The notes under the pieces: generated by a model
What the model was told of the DNA's origin: nothing
Databases searched by the model: none
Seen by the model: only the letters and a program-made list of their open reading frames with translations
Part shown: positions 44,952 through 64,000 of the stretch, one piece after another
Position numbering within the stretch: the first letter of the stretch is position 1
How the letters are laid out: each line of letters opens with the position of its first letter
Made by a program: the position numbers and the translations under genes
DNA from: the human T2T-CHM13v2.0 reference genome, Homo sapiens
Strand: one strand, 5' to 3'
Length of the DNA: 64,000 nucleotides
NCBI RefSeq assembly: GCF_009914755.1
Contig: NC_060947.1

Positions 44952-45524
44952 ATGACAGCATCCGCGTCCTCCTTTTCATCATCTCAGGGTGTCCAGCAGC
45001 CCTCCATCTACAGCTTCTCCCAAATAACCAGAAGCTTGTTTCTCAGCAATGGTGTGGCCGCCAACGACAAACTCCTTCTGTCCAGCAATCGCATCACCGC
45101 CATTGTCAATGCCTCGGTGGAAGTGGTCAACGTATTCTTCGAGGGCATTCAGTACATAAAGGTGCCTGTTACCGATGCTCGTGACTCGCGTCTCTACGAC
45201 TTTTTTGACCCCATTGCTGATCTTATCCACACCATCGATATGAGGCAGGGCCGTACGCTGCTGCACTGCATGGCTGGAGTGAGCCGTTCCGCCTCACTGT
45301 GCCTTGCGTACCTCATGAAATACCACTCCATGTCGCTGCTGGACGCCCATACATGGACCAAGTCGCGCCGCCCCATCATCCGGCCCAACAACGGCTTTTG
45401 GGAACAGCTCATCAATTACGAATTCAAGCTGTTTAATAACAACACCGTGCGCATGATCAACTCGCCGGTAGGTAACATCCCTGACATCTATGAGAAGGAC
45501 CTACGTATGATGATATCAATGTAA
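44952..45524 (+). CDS. DUSP21: Dual specificity protein phosphatase 21 (atypical low-MW DSP), 190 aa, single coding exon
   Basis: Uninterrupted ORF from ATG 44952 to TAA 45522-45524. The ORF-track start at 44949 is a TTG one codon upstream. Intact PTP loop HCMAGVSRS (C106, R112; nt 45264-45290), general-acid Asp75 (VPVTD), AYLM motif and RPIIRPNNGFWEQL motif. The sequence matches my recollection of human DUSP21, a close paralogue of DUSP18. Confidence 0.97.
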   Translation: MTASASSFSSSQGVQQPSIYSFSQITRSLFLSNGVAANDKLLLSSNRITAIVNASVEVVNVFFEGIQYIKVPVTDARDSRLYDFFDPIADLIHTIDMRQGRTLLHCMAGVSRSASLCLAYLMKYHSMSLLDAHTWTKSRRPIIRPNNGFWEQLINYEFKLFNNNTVRMINSPVGNIPDIYEKDLRMMISM

Positions 45525-45687
45525 GCCATCCCGGCCAGCCCCTGACATCTGCCATCGATCTTGCACCAAGACTGAACTTGAACACTGACATTTTGTTAGT
45601 AAAGAAAACCGGATGGTGCCTTGTTAAAGGGCAAGAAAAAAGGGAGGGGGTTGGAGTTTTGAACGTAGTAAGCCTTACCTTAATAGA

Positions 45688-45693
45688 ATTAAA
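45688..45693 (+). terminator. Polyadenylation signal ATTAAA of DUSP21
   Basis: First canonical-type hexamer after the stop codon (~165 nt downstream), followed by a U/GU-rich tract at ~45720-45733. Confidence 0.7.
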
Positions 45694-46655
45694 TTCATGA
45701 AACATAAGATAGTGAAAATATTTTTTATATTGTGAGGTCAAGCTATTGGGGCCTGGCTGGAACCAGGGTGGGGCAAGTAATGCTCAGCTCACATAGACCT
45801 GCCAGCAGCACCCAATACATGTGGCAGACCTGGAATCCTGAGCCCTGCCAGAGGCTGACTAACCCAGGAGTGAATCCCCTAGAATCTCACCCGGTTCTTT
45901 CCAACCCAAAGTCAAAGCCTTAGACATCTTGGCATCCCTTGCACTTCTCCCAGTAAGTGCCAACCTAGTGGATAAGTGGCTTTCATTCAAGCTGTGCTCC
46001 AGGAGCTCTGGAGGAGTCTCAGGCTACCCTTGCCCACCTTCAATCACAGTGGCCCATCTCTGGTTTTCTAGATCGGATTTATACATTAGTTAAAAAAAAA
46101 AAAACTAGTTTTTTAAAAGACCATTCCACTCCATAAAGTTTAAAAATATTGTATTTTTTTGACTGCTGTACTTGATGGCAAGTTCTCAAGGTGTCTTTGG
46201 TGATCTCCCACCGGCCTTTGTGAAAAGGGACATAGTCCTTTTCCCAGGGCATATACTGAGAGAGAACAGGCCTGACACCAGGCCTCAGGGGTTCCTCTCA
46301 TGAGCCTTGGCTTAAGAGGCTGGAGCTGCTGGCCATGACCCAGCCCTGTCACCTCTAACATCTCCTTTCATTGTGACCTTGGTCCTCTCAGAGCTTCACT
46401 TTCCTCACCTGTCAAAGCAACTGTCTCCCATAGAGTTGTTGTGAGGACTGGGTTCCTTAGCATAGTACCTGGCACATGAATGGTTTCATGCTTGGAGTAA
46501 AAGGCAATGATACTCTTTGACCCTGGTTTGAGGTCAGCACACTCATCCTCATAATGGCATTTCCCCCATCTGTGCACAGTCCTTTGTTATTTACAAAATG
46601 TTCTTCCAAAAAATCTAAAAACAAATGGCTTAAGGTCCTTTTGGACCTTACCTTA

Positions 46656-47006
<351 letters not shown>

Positions 47007-47638
47007 TCACCGAAGGGATGAACAAGTGACCCCCAACATATAGGCCCTGGAATCCAGGATCATTCTAACTCCCTGGATACCTGGGCTCTGGCTTGTGTTC
47101 AGTTATTCTAATCCAGAGGTTTTTAGACCAAAAAAAAAAAAAAAAAGAGAGAGAGAGAGAGAGACAAAAGTACAACTGCTCCATTTGAAGAAGACCTGTG
47201 TGTCCACAGCCCAGTGACGTCCAAATGTTTTCTCTCTCCAAACACATCGAGACACCACCACTGCCACAAAGGGAGTGCCTAGGGTGCAGTATGGGGGCAA
47301 GGGGGATAAAATCACTGCTCCAGGCAGATCCACTACTTTTACAGATGGAAAAACAGGCCCACAGAATGCAAGAGTTGGTGTGGCAGAGCCCCGACAAAGC
47401 AGCCTTTCTGGCAGCGACCCAGATGGAAACTTTCTTTTAAAGTATTTTTTAGAAGAAAATTATTTGGGTGTGTGTGTGTGTGTGTGCATGTGTGTTCATT
47501 TTTAAAAATATCTAAATTAACATACCATGAAATTACTCTTTGTGGATAAACAGTTCCACGAGTTTTAACACATGCATAGATTTAGGTAACCATCACCATA
47601 ATCCCAAAATTTCCCTCATGCTTCCCCTTTCTAATTAA

Positions 47639-47971
<333 letters not shown>

Positions 47972-48174
47972 TGATTAAAGGGTTGAGCCACCGTGCCTGG
48001 CCAGATATGCCTTTAACTGAATGTCACATAAATGGAATCATACAGGATGTAACCTCTGGAGACTGGCTTCTTTCACTTAGCGTAATGTCTTTAAGATTCA
48101 CCCATGTTATACAGTTCATTGTATGCATGTACCACAGTTTGTTTTCCATCCACCTGTTGAAGAATACTAGGGTT

Positions 48175-48972
<798 letters not shown>

Positions 48973-49308
48973 AGGTTATTTCCAGTTTTGAGCAATTATG
49001 CATAAAGCACGATACAGAAGAAAAGAATCATGTCACCTGAAAAAACAACGGTAGCAGTTTAAAAGTGCAAAATGAGTTAGAGTGAAAAATAATAATAACC
49101 ACTATTTATTAAGAAGCTATTAAATGCCTAACACAGTACTAGGCACTTTACAGTGTCTCTACCCCTTCCAACAGCCCTTCAAGGTAGATATTGTTCCCAC
49201 TGTACTAATGCGTTTAAGGAATTTGCCTAAGGCAACACATAGGCCAGTGACATACAGACTAGACTCCATTTTCCTGCATTTCTTTTGAAACAAAGGTAAG
49301 TAGATTGA

Positions 49309-49653
<345 letters not shown>

Positions 49654-49661
49654 TAGTGTGA

Positions 49662-49924
<263 letters not shown>

Positions 49925-49971
49925 TGATCTGCCCGCCTCGGCCTCCCAAAGTGCTGGGATTACAGGCGTGA

Positions 49972-50425
<454 letters not shown>

Positions 50426-50528
50426 TAGTAGAGATGGGGTTTCACCGTATTAGCCAGGGTGGTCCTGATCTCCTGACCTCGTGATCTGCCGGCCTCATCC
50501 TCCCGAAGTGTTGGAATTACAGGCGTGA

Positions 50529-51115
<587 letters not shown>

Positions 51116-52583
51116 TAATACTAAAAGTATTTCATAACTTCTCACCTTTGCCCTTCTTTTTTGAATTATTTATTCATATCCTTAGACATTTTTTTTCACT
51201 GAGCTCATTCTTCTGCAGAACCTAGACATTTTTCTTTTAGAGTATAAATCTTTTATTTCTTTTCAATTGTAAAAACTGAAAAATAGAATAAGGATATTTA
51301 GTTTTTCTGTTCAGATATATTTCATTTATTTTTCCCAGTTTATTGTGTGTCATTTGTCCATGGTGCTTGTTTGTGATTCAAAAGTTTAAATTTGTATGTA
51401 GTTAAATCTATGAGTCTTAAACTGTATTTACTTTAATCTAGAACAGTGCCTCTACTCTTACTTCCCCCGACATTGTCTTTTTGATGAGTCCAGAATAATT
51501 TTGAGGTATAACATCCAGTACGCTGGATTTGTCCAATTATTTCTTCATGCTATTGTTTATCTTGTTCCTGTATTCCCTGTATTTTCTTTAAACTGGAAGC
51601 TAGGTCTAGAGGTTTGATTAGATTTGGGTTAAAAAAAATTTTTTTTTTTTGAGACAGTCTCACTCTGTCACCCAGCTGGAGTGCAAGGACATGATATCAG
51701 CTCACTGCAACCTCTGCTTCCCGGGTTCGAGCAATTGTCATGTCTCAGCCTCCTGAGTAGCTGGAATTACAGGCGTGTGCCACTACGCCTGGCTAATTTT
51801 TGTAGTTTTAGTAGAGATGGGGGTTTCACCATGTTGCTCAGGCTGGTCTTGAACTCCTGACCTCAGGTGACTCGCCTGATTCGGGCTCCCAAAGTGCTAG
51901 GATTACAGGTGTGAGTCACTGTGCCCAGCCAGATATGGGTTAAGAATTTTTGCTAGAATATTTCAGAAGCATTGCCATGTTGCATGTGTCAGGAGGCACA
52001 GATGTCTCTTTGTCCCATTAGCAGTGATGCTAAGTTTGATCATTTAATTAAGGTGGTGACCACCAGATACCTGCCTTTAATATTAATAAGTACAGAATTC
52101 TGTGGGGTGATACTTTAGCACAGTGTGAATATCCTGTTTCTTTTAGCCAGTGTTATTAGCATCCATTAATGATCCTTGCCTCAATCAATTATTACATTAG
52201 GGGACATCTAACTCTTAAATCTATCTCAACTTAATTTGGGTATATCGTGTAAGTTGGAAGATATTTAATTTTTTGAAATAATTTTGAGATGTCCAACACC
52301 ATCAGAAATATTTGTGTCTCCTTTTGTTCCTTCCAGTTTGCTACATTGTCAATCTTTTCCTGTGCCAGTATCACATTCCTTAAGATTGGTGCAGCTTCAT
52401 AATAGACTATTATATTTGGTAGAGCAATGACATTCCCACTGTTATGTTTCTTTTTCAGAGGCTGGGGTGTTTCTTTTGTTTGTTTTTTCTTAGATTCTTT
52501 TATTTCTCTTCTAAATGGATCTTAATAGTTGTAGGTTTACAAAAAATTCCCATTAGGATTTTGATTGAAATTACTTTTTTTGG

Positions 52584-52700
52584 TGTAGCAGTCAAGGTCA
52601 AATAAGGAAAACAGAAACCACGCTAGTCATTTAATCAGAAAATATTTACTATTAAGAACTGTTTACCAGGTATTGGCGAAGTGAAGAGGCAAAATTAGGA
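52584..52700. mobile_element. Possible ERVL LTR (LTR33/LTR50-like) fragment
   Basis: TGTAGCAGTCAAGGTC...ACAGAAACCACGCTAGT resembles a terminus of these LTRs. The match is short and diverged. Confidence 0.35.
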
Positions 52701-52854
52701 CACACATAGTATATATTTATACATATATAAACACTTAAATAAAAGATCATCTACCCTGAATGCCTGCAACTTGATTAGTTAAGCATTAACTATATTTCTG
52801 GAGTGTGCATATCTTAATTCCAAAAGCTCATAATGTTAGAAAATTGTAAGTTAG

Positions 52855-53103
<249 letters not shown>

Positions 53104-54033
53104 TAATTTTAATAGAGACAGGGTTTCACCATGTTGGCCAGGCTGATCTCAGACTCATGACCTCAGGTGATCTGCCCGCCTCGGCCTCCCAAAGTGCTGG
53201 GATTACAGGCGTGAGCCATTGCGCCCGGCCTCACTTCAATTCTTAAGAACATTTTGTCTGCTAAAACATTTACAACATATCTGTTATGTTACCAATGAGA
53301 CACCCATGACATCCATGACTACTCATTCTTATCTAAGCTGTTAAGGTAAAGAGGTAAAGATATCCAATATATCCAATAAGAGCGTTGCATTTATCTGTGG
53401 ATGCTTGAGAGCCCATTTCCAGCTACCTTGGTGTCTCTTTCCCACACACTCACCATTCCCCTAATAATGAGATACAGGGAGGTGGGGAAGTGACCTTTTG
53501 ATCACCTTTTGGGAACTGCCTGATAAGCAGGGAGAAGGCAGTGAAAACGAATCTTGGGGCAATCTTTTGGTACTTGGGCTCCTTGCTGAGTTCTCTCCAT
53601 CTGGAAAGATGGATCAAGGCCTCAGTCACATAGTTGTGTTTGAAAAGTGTATTGTAGTAAGATTTTCTGAAACAGGGCTCTTAAAAGTATTGGAATCTGA
53701 ACTTGGAATTAGCTTCTCGCCTCAACAGACTTTAAAGTGAGGGAAAAAAAAGAGCATGGGACCTGACCAAGTTAAGAAGGCCTCTGTGATCGATTTGGTT
53801 GAATTCTGGAGGCTCCAAGTTGAGGCAGGACTGGGGCCTGTGCTAGACACAGAGAGAGGTTGCATTCATTTGTAGCTTTATTGCACAGTGGTCCAAGAAC
53901 GTGGCCTGCATAAATTTTGCTTCACAGAATTGAGATTTTCTTGTTAACTGTCTCTTGAGCAGTAAAACAGATGTATTATCTATTGGTAGGATTCTAAGTT
54001 TATATATAAGTCTTACAATTTTTTTTTTTTTGA

Positions 54034-54138
<105 letters not shown>

Positions 54139-55082
54139 TGAGTAGCTGGGATTACAGGCATGCACCACCACGCCTGGCTAACTTTTTGTATTTTTATTAG
54201 AGAAGGGATTTCTCCATGTTGGTCAGGCTGGTCTCAAACTCCCAACTCCAGGTGATCCGCCCGCCTTGGCCTCCCAAAGTGCTGGGATTACAGGCTTGAT
54301 CCACCACGCCCAGCCAAGTTTTACAATATTTTATTATTTAAAAAACGTAAATGTTGAATAAGTAACACAATCATGATTCAACAGTCAAAGGGCACATAAG
54401 GATATATAGAGTGAAAGGCTCCTCACATCTGTTCTCTACCAAACCAGTTCCCCTCCCCAAAGGCAGTCAATATTATCAGTTCTTCCTGTATGTTTCCACG
54501 ATATTATTTTATGCATATATAAGAAATCACATTTGTATACATATATTTTACATTTTTCTTTCTTTCTTTTTTCTTTTTTTTTTTTTTGAGACGGAGGCTC
54601 GTTCTGTCACCCAGGCTGCAGTGCAGTCCAGCCCTTTTTCATTTTTCAACAAATGGTAGCATACTTCATGCTGTTCTCTACCTTGTTTCTCTTTGTTTAC
54701 TAATACATGTCACAGATCATGCTAAGCCAGTACAAGAGAATATCTTCATTTTTTTTTACAACTGCATAGTATTCCATTGTATGGAAGTATCATAATTCAT
54801 TTAATCTGTTCCTATTGGTGGACTTTTAGGTTTGTTGCCAAAATTTTGCTACTACAAATAATACCCCAGTAAATAAACTTGTAGTTAAGTTTAGGTATAT
54901 AAATTATTTTAGGCTGGACTCGGTGGCTCATGCCTGTAATCACAGCACTTTGGGAGGCCGAGGCAGGCGGATCTCGAGGTCAGGAGTTTGAGACCAGCTT
55001 GGCCAAAATAGTGAAATCCCGTCTCTACTAAAAATACAAAAAATTAGCTGGGCGAGGTGGCGGGTGCCTGTAATCCCAGCTA

Positions 55083-55202
<120 letters not shown>

Positions 55203-55849
55203 TTATTTTATACATATGCAAACATATCTATAGGACATTATTAGAAATAAAATTAGTGGGTCTAATTTCATAATTTCAAATTTTCATAAACATTGGCAGA
55301 TTAATTCCTACGGATGTCATCAAAACCTGTCAGCAATATGTTAAAGTGCCTGTCTCCCCACAGAGTCAACAACACTGTATAATATTGCACTTTTATATCT
55401 TTGCCATTCTGACCAGTGAAAAATGGTGTCTCAGTTTACTTTTAATTTGTATGTCTTTTATTATGAGTAAGTTCTAGCTTCTTTTCATTCCTCTAAGAAT
55501 AATTTATATTTTTCTCTCTATGAATTGGCTGCTTATATCAATATTTTATTAGGTTGTCAGTCTTTTTTAAAAAATTGGTTTGTAAGAAGTCTATTAGGGA
55601 AATGAGGCATTCATTTATGATAAAAATTTCAAATATTTTCCACAAATTTTCATTTATCTTTTGACTTTGCTTAGAGTGGCTTTGCCAGGCAGATTATTTT
55701 TATTTAGTCAAATTTATTGTTTATTTTTACAGCTTTAGGATTTTGTGTCATTCTCGAAAGGCTTTATGCACTCTAAAATTATACTTTAAAAGTATCCCAC
55801 AGCTGTTCAAGTACTTTTCTTTCTTTTATTATTATTATTGTTTGTGTAG

Positions 55850-55987
<138 letters not shown>

Positions 55988-56015
55988 TGAGACGGAGTCT
56001 CCCTCTGTTGCCTAG

Positions 56016-56183
<168 letters not shown>

Positions 56184-56346
56184 TAGTCTCAAACTCCTGA
56201 CCTCGTGATCTGCCTGCCTCGGCCTCCCAAATTGCTGAGATTACAGGCGTGAGCCACTGCGCCTGGCCTCATGTACTTTTATATTTCAATTTTAACATTT
56301 AAATGTTTGATCCAGGGCCGGGTGCGGTGGCTCACACCTGTAATCA

Positions 56347-56669
<323 letters not shown>

Positions 56670-56836
56670 CTACCACCATTCTCATCTATTTATGTAGCTT
56701 ATAATTTAAGTTAAAATATGTTATATTAATATGTAGTTTATGTATAATCCATAGTATATTGTATATAGTCTTATTAGTGTTGAAATTCTCTGTATTCATA
56801 TTTATTTTTTGGTTGGCTTGGTATGTCCAAGACTAA

Positions 56837-57040
<204 letters not shown>

Positions 57041-57191
57041 TGACCAGGCTGGTCTTGAACTCCTGACCTCAGGTGATCTGCCTGCCTCGGCCTCCGCAAG
57101 TGCTGGGATTACAGGCGTGAGCCACTGTGCCCGGCTGAGTTATGTTAGTCTTACATTGCTTTGTTTCTCTGTCAATTCCTCCTTATATTTC

Positions 57192-57900
<709 letters not shown>

Positions 57901-58289
57901 ATTTCTAATAGTTTTTCTGTATGTATTTTGGTGGTATAAGAGTCTGGCATTGAACTTTAAGACAAAGAGAATTTTAGTTGTACCCTTTTTACTAATATAA
58001 AATTAACTCTCTTTGTCTGATTAATACTTTTTGTCTTGATGTTCTAATATTGTTTTTTCCTGCTCTGTGTTTGTCTAATATGTCTTTTTTTGTAGTTTGT
58101 AACTTATTATGTCATTTTTTTAATGGTATGCCTCTTGTAACTAGATACTTAAATTTCTTTTACTCAACCAAGTCTTTTAACAGGGGAGTTACATTTTTGT
58201 AGTTCTAAAATCTTTGGTTTATGACCAGGCACGGCGGCTCATGCCTGTAATCCCAGCACTTTGGGAGGCCGACACGGGTGGGTGGATCA

Positions 58290-59975
<1,686 letters not shown>

Positions 59976-60398
59976 TGATCTGCCCGCCTTGGCCTCCCAA
60001 AGTGCTGCGATTATAGGCGTGAGCCACCGAAACCGGTCAGAAGTTTACTTTAACTTAATCTTTATGTAATTGATAAGTCCAGAGTGAAATGACCTTTTTT
60101 TCTTTTTTTTTGAGACATAGTCTCACTGTCACTCAGGCTGGAGGGCAGTAGTGTGAACATGGCTCACTGCAGCCTTGACCTCCTAGGCTCAAAAGATCCT
60201 CCCACCTCAGCCTCCGGAGTAGCTGGTACTAATGGAACACACACCACATCTGGCTAATGTTTTCATGTTCGATAGAGATGAGGTTTCACTCCTGGGCTCA
60301 AGTAATCCTCCTGCGTTGGCCTCTCAAAGTGCTGGGATTACAGGCGTGAGCCATCGTGCCCGACCAATGGCATTTTTATTTATTTATTTATTTATTGA

Positions 60399-60557
<159 letters not shown>

Positions 60558-60699
60558 TAGTAGAGACGGGGTTTCTCCATATTGTTCAGGCTGGTCTCGA
60601 ACTCCTGACCTCAGGTGATCTGCCTGCCTCGGCTTCCCAAAGTGCTGGAATTACAGGCTTGAGCCACCGCACCCAGCCGACTTCTCCATTCTTGAGCTT

Positions 60700-61800
<1,101 letters not shown>

Positions 61801-62147
61801 CTGGGCCCTGGTGAAGAAGAGTTCTCATTTCCTCTAATGTTTCTGAATGCTACGTTCTTCCCCTAGCTCTGTATTTTTTATTCTCTTTACCCTCAAATAA
61901 AACAAGGTTTCTCTTTTCTCTGTCCACAGGTAAGTGAGCTGGTTACGCTTGGATCCATCATGTGCCCAGGGAAATCGAGGCAGAATCACCATCTCAAGTC
62001 TGTAGCTGGAGGACAGATTAATGTACACATAGTTTGATTTCACTTTTTGTACCTCTTATTTACTAATGTGATACACAACAAAATATAGTTCCCAGCACAG
62101 ACTTCTTTAAGACCTTCAAGTAGTTGACCTCTTCCTAAAGTTTTGGG

Positions 62148-62323
62148 CAGAACCCACTACATAATTTGCAAGAAAATTACATGTAAAATGAGAATGTGGG
62201 GCCTCTTGTTAAAAAATTAAGAATTTCCAGACAGTGACAGCAAAGCATTAAACCAAGAATGGGGCCTTCTTTCATGGGGTCCTGGGTGACTGCACAGTGC
62301 AAACGCTCGTGAAACCAGCCATG
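62148..62323 (-). mobile_element. MER45A (hAT-Tip100)
   Basis: CTACATAATTTGC...AAAATG...GGGGCC.CTTGTT...GACAGCAAAGCATTAAACCAAG...GACTGCACAG. Confidence 0.8.
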
Positions 62324-62899
62324 TATGGGGACTGTACCTCTCTAAATGTATCTCCTCCTTTTTTCTCCCAAATTCTCCCTTACTTCTTGCCAACTTATCT
62401 ATCTTCCTAGATAAGCAATAGGAAATAGAGGGATTCAGGGGATGTGGAGTGGAGGCAGAGGTGGGGATCAGTATTCTGGTGAGCAGCTTTGAAGGGTAGA
62501 GAAACTGATGTTTCTTGTTGGTTTAGGCACCAAGTCTTTGAGATGGGAGACAGATTGTAGGTCATTATGGAATGGCGGTATGAGCTTTAAATAAGAGGCT
62601 TTCTACCTTTTTCAGTCAGTGTCTGTTTGAGGAAATAAAGCCAAACTAAAGCATGACTGGGGTTTTCTCAATCCAGCCCTTTAGGGCCATCCGCCTCTTA
62701 ATTAACACCTATTTCACCCAGATCCAAGCCTTGGGTTACCTGTTAGTTTTAGTCCTTAATATTGTGAAATCTTGTCTTTTTTTTTTCTTTTTCTGTATTT
62801 GAGGGAATTTTTGTGAAAAGTTAGGCCCGGATGCATTTGGGGGCAAATAGCAATACATTATTTTGAACTGGAAGCCCCCAGGGAACCAATTAGTCGGGT

Positions 62900-64000
<1,101 letters not shown>

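Noticed and set aside
44629-45741. Antisense ORFs overlapping DUSP21 (44629-44982, 44979-45266, 45194-45415, 45457-45741)
   Set aside because: Expected shadows of a GC-rich CDS, with no recognisable domains.
46099-46114. Perfect palindrome AAAAAACTAGTTTTTT
   Set aside because: Low complexity, a chance product of adjacent A and T runs.

Overview
Primate (apparently human) genomic DNA. It holds one protein-coding gene, the single-exon atypical dual-specificity phosphatase DUSP21 (CDS 44952-45524, +). From established knowledge this places the window at Xp11.3, with KDM6A starting beyond the right edge. The rest is an Alu-saturated intergenic region (about 90 Alu copies or fragments by eye). 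The Alus overlie old L1/L2/MIR fragments, a nearly complete THE1D MaLR provirus, several solo LTRs and hAT/Tc1 DNA-transposon fossils. Almost all ORFs in the supplied track are repeat artefacts. I cannot demonstrate a new biological system from sequence alone. The best leads are: (1) a complete set of splice signals defining an 88-nt cryptic intron across the DUSP21 start codon, next to a weak-context AUG and a strong-context alternative-frame AUG; (2) an RFX X-box plus CRE half-site module in its promoter; (3) a ~350-bp inverted duplication at 58.5-59.75 kb that looks like a template-switch scar; (4) a 51-bp locally templated insertion sandwiched in age between an MLT1 LTR and a MER61-like LTR. 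Repeat subfamily names come from recalled consensus sequences, and repeat boundaries are approximate.
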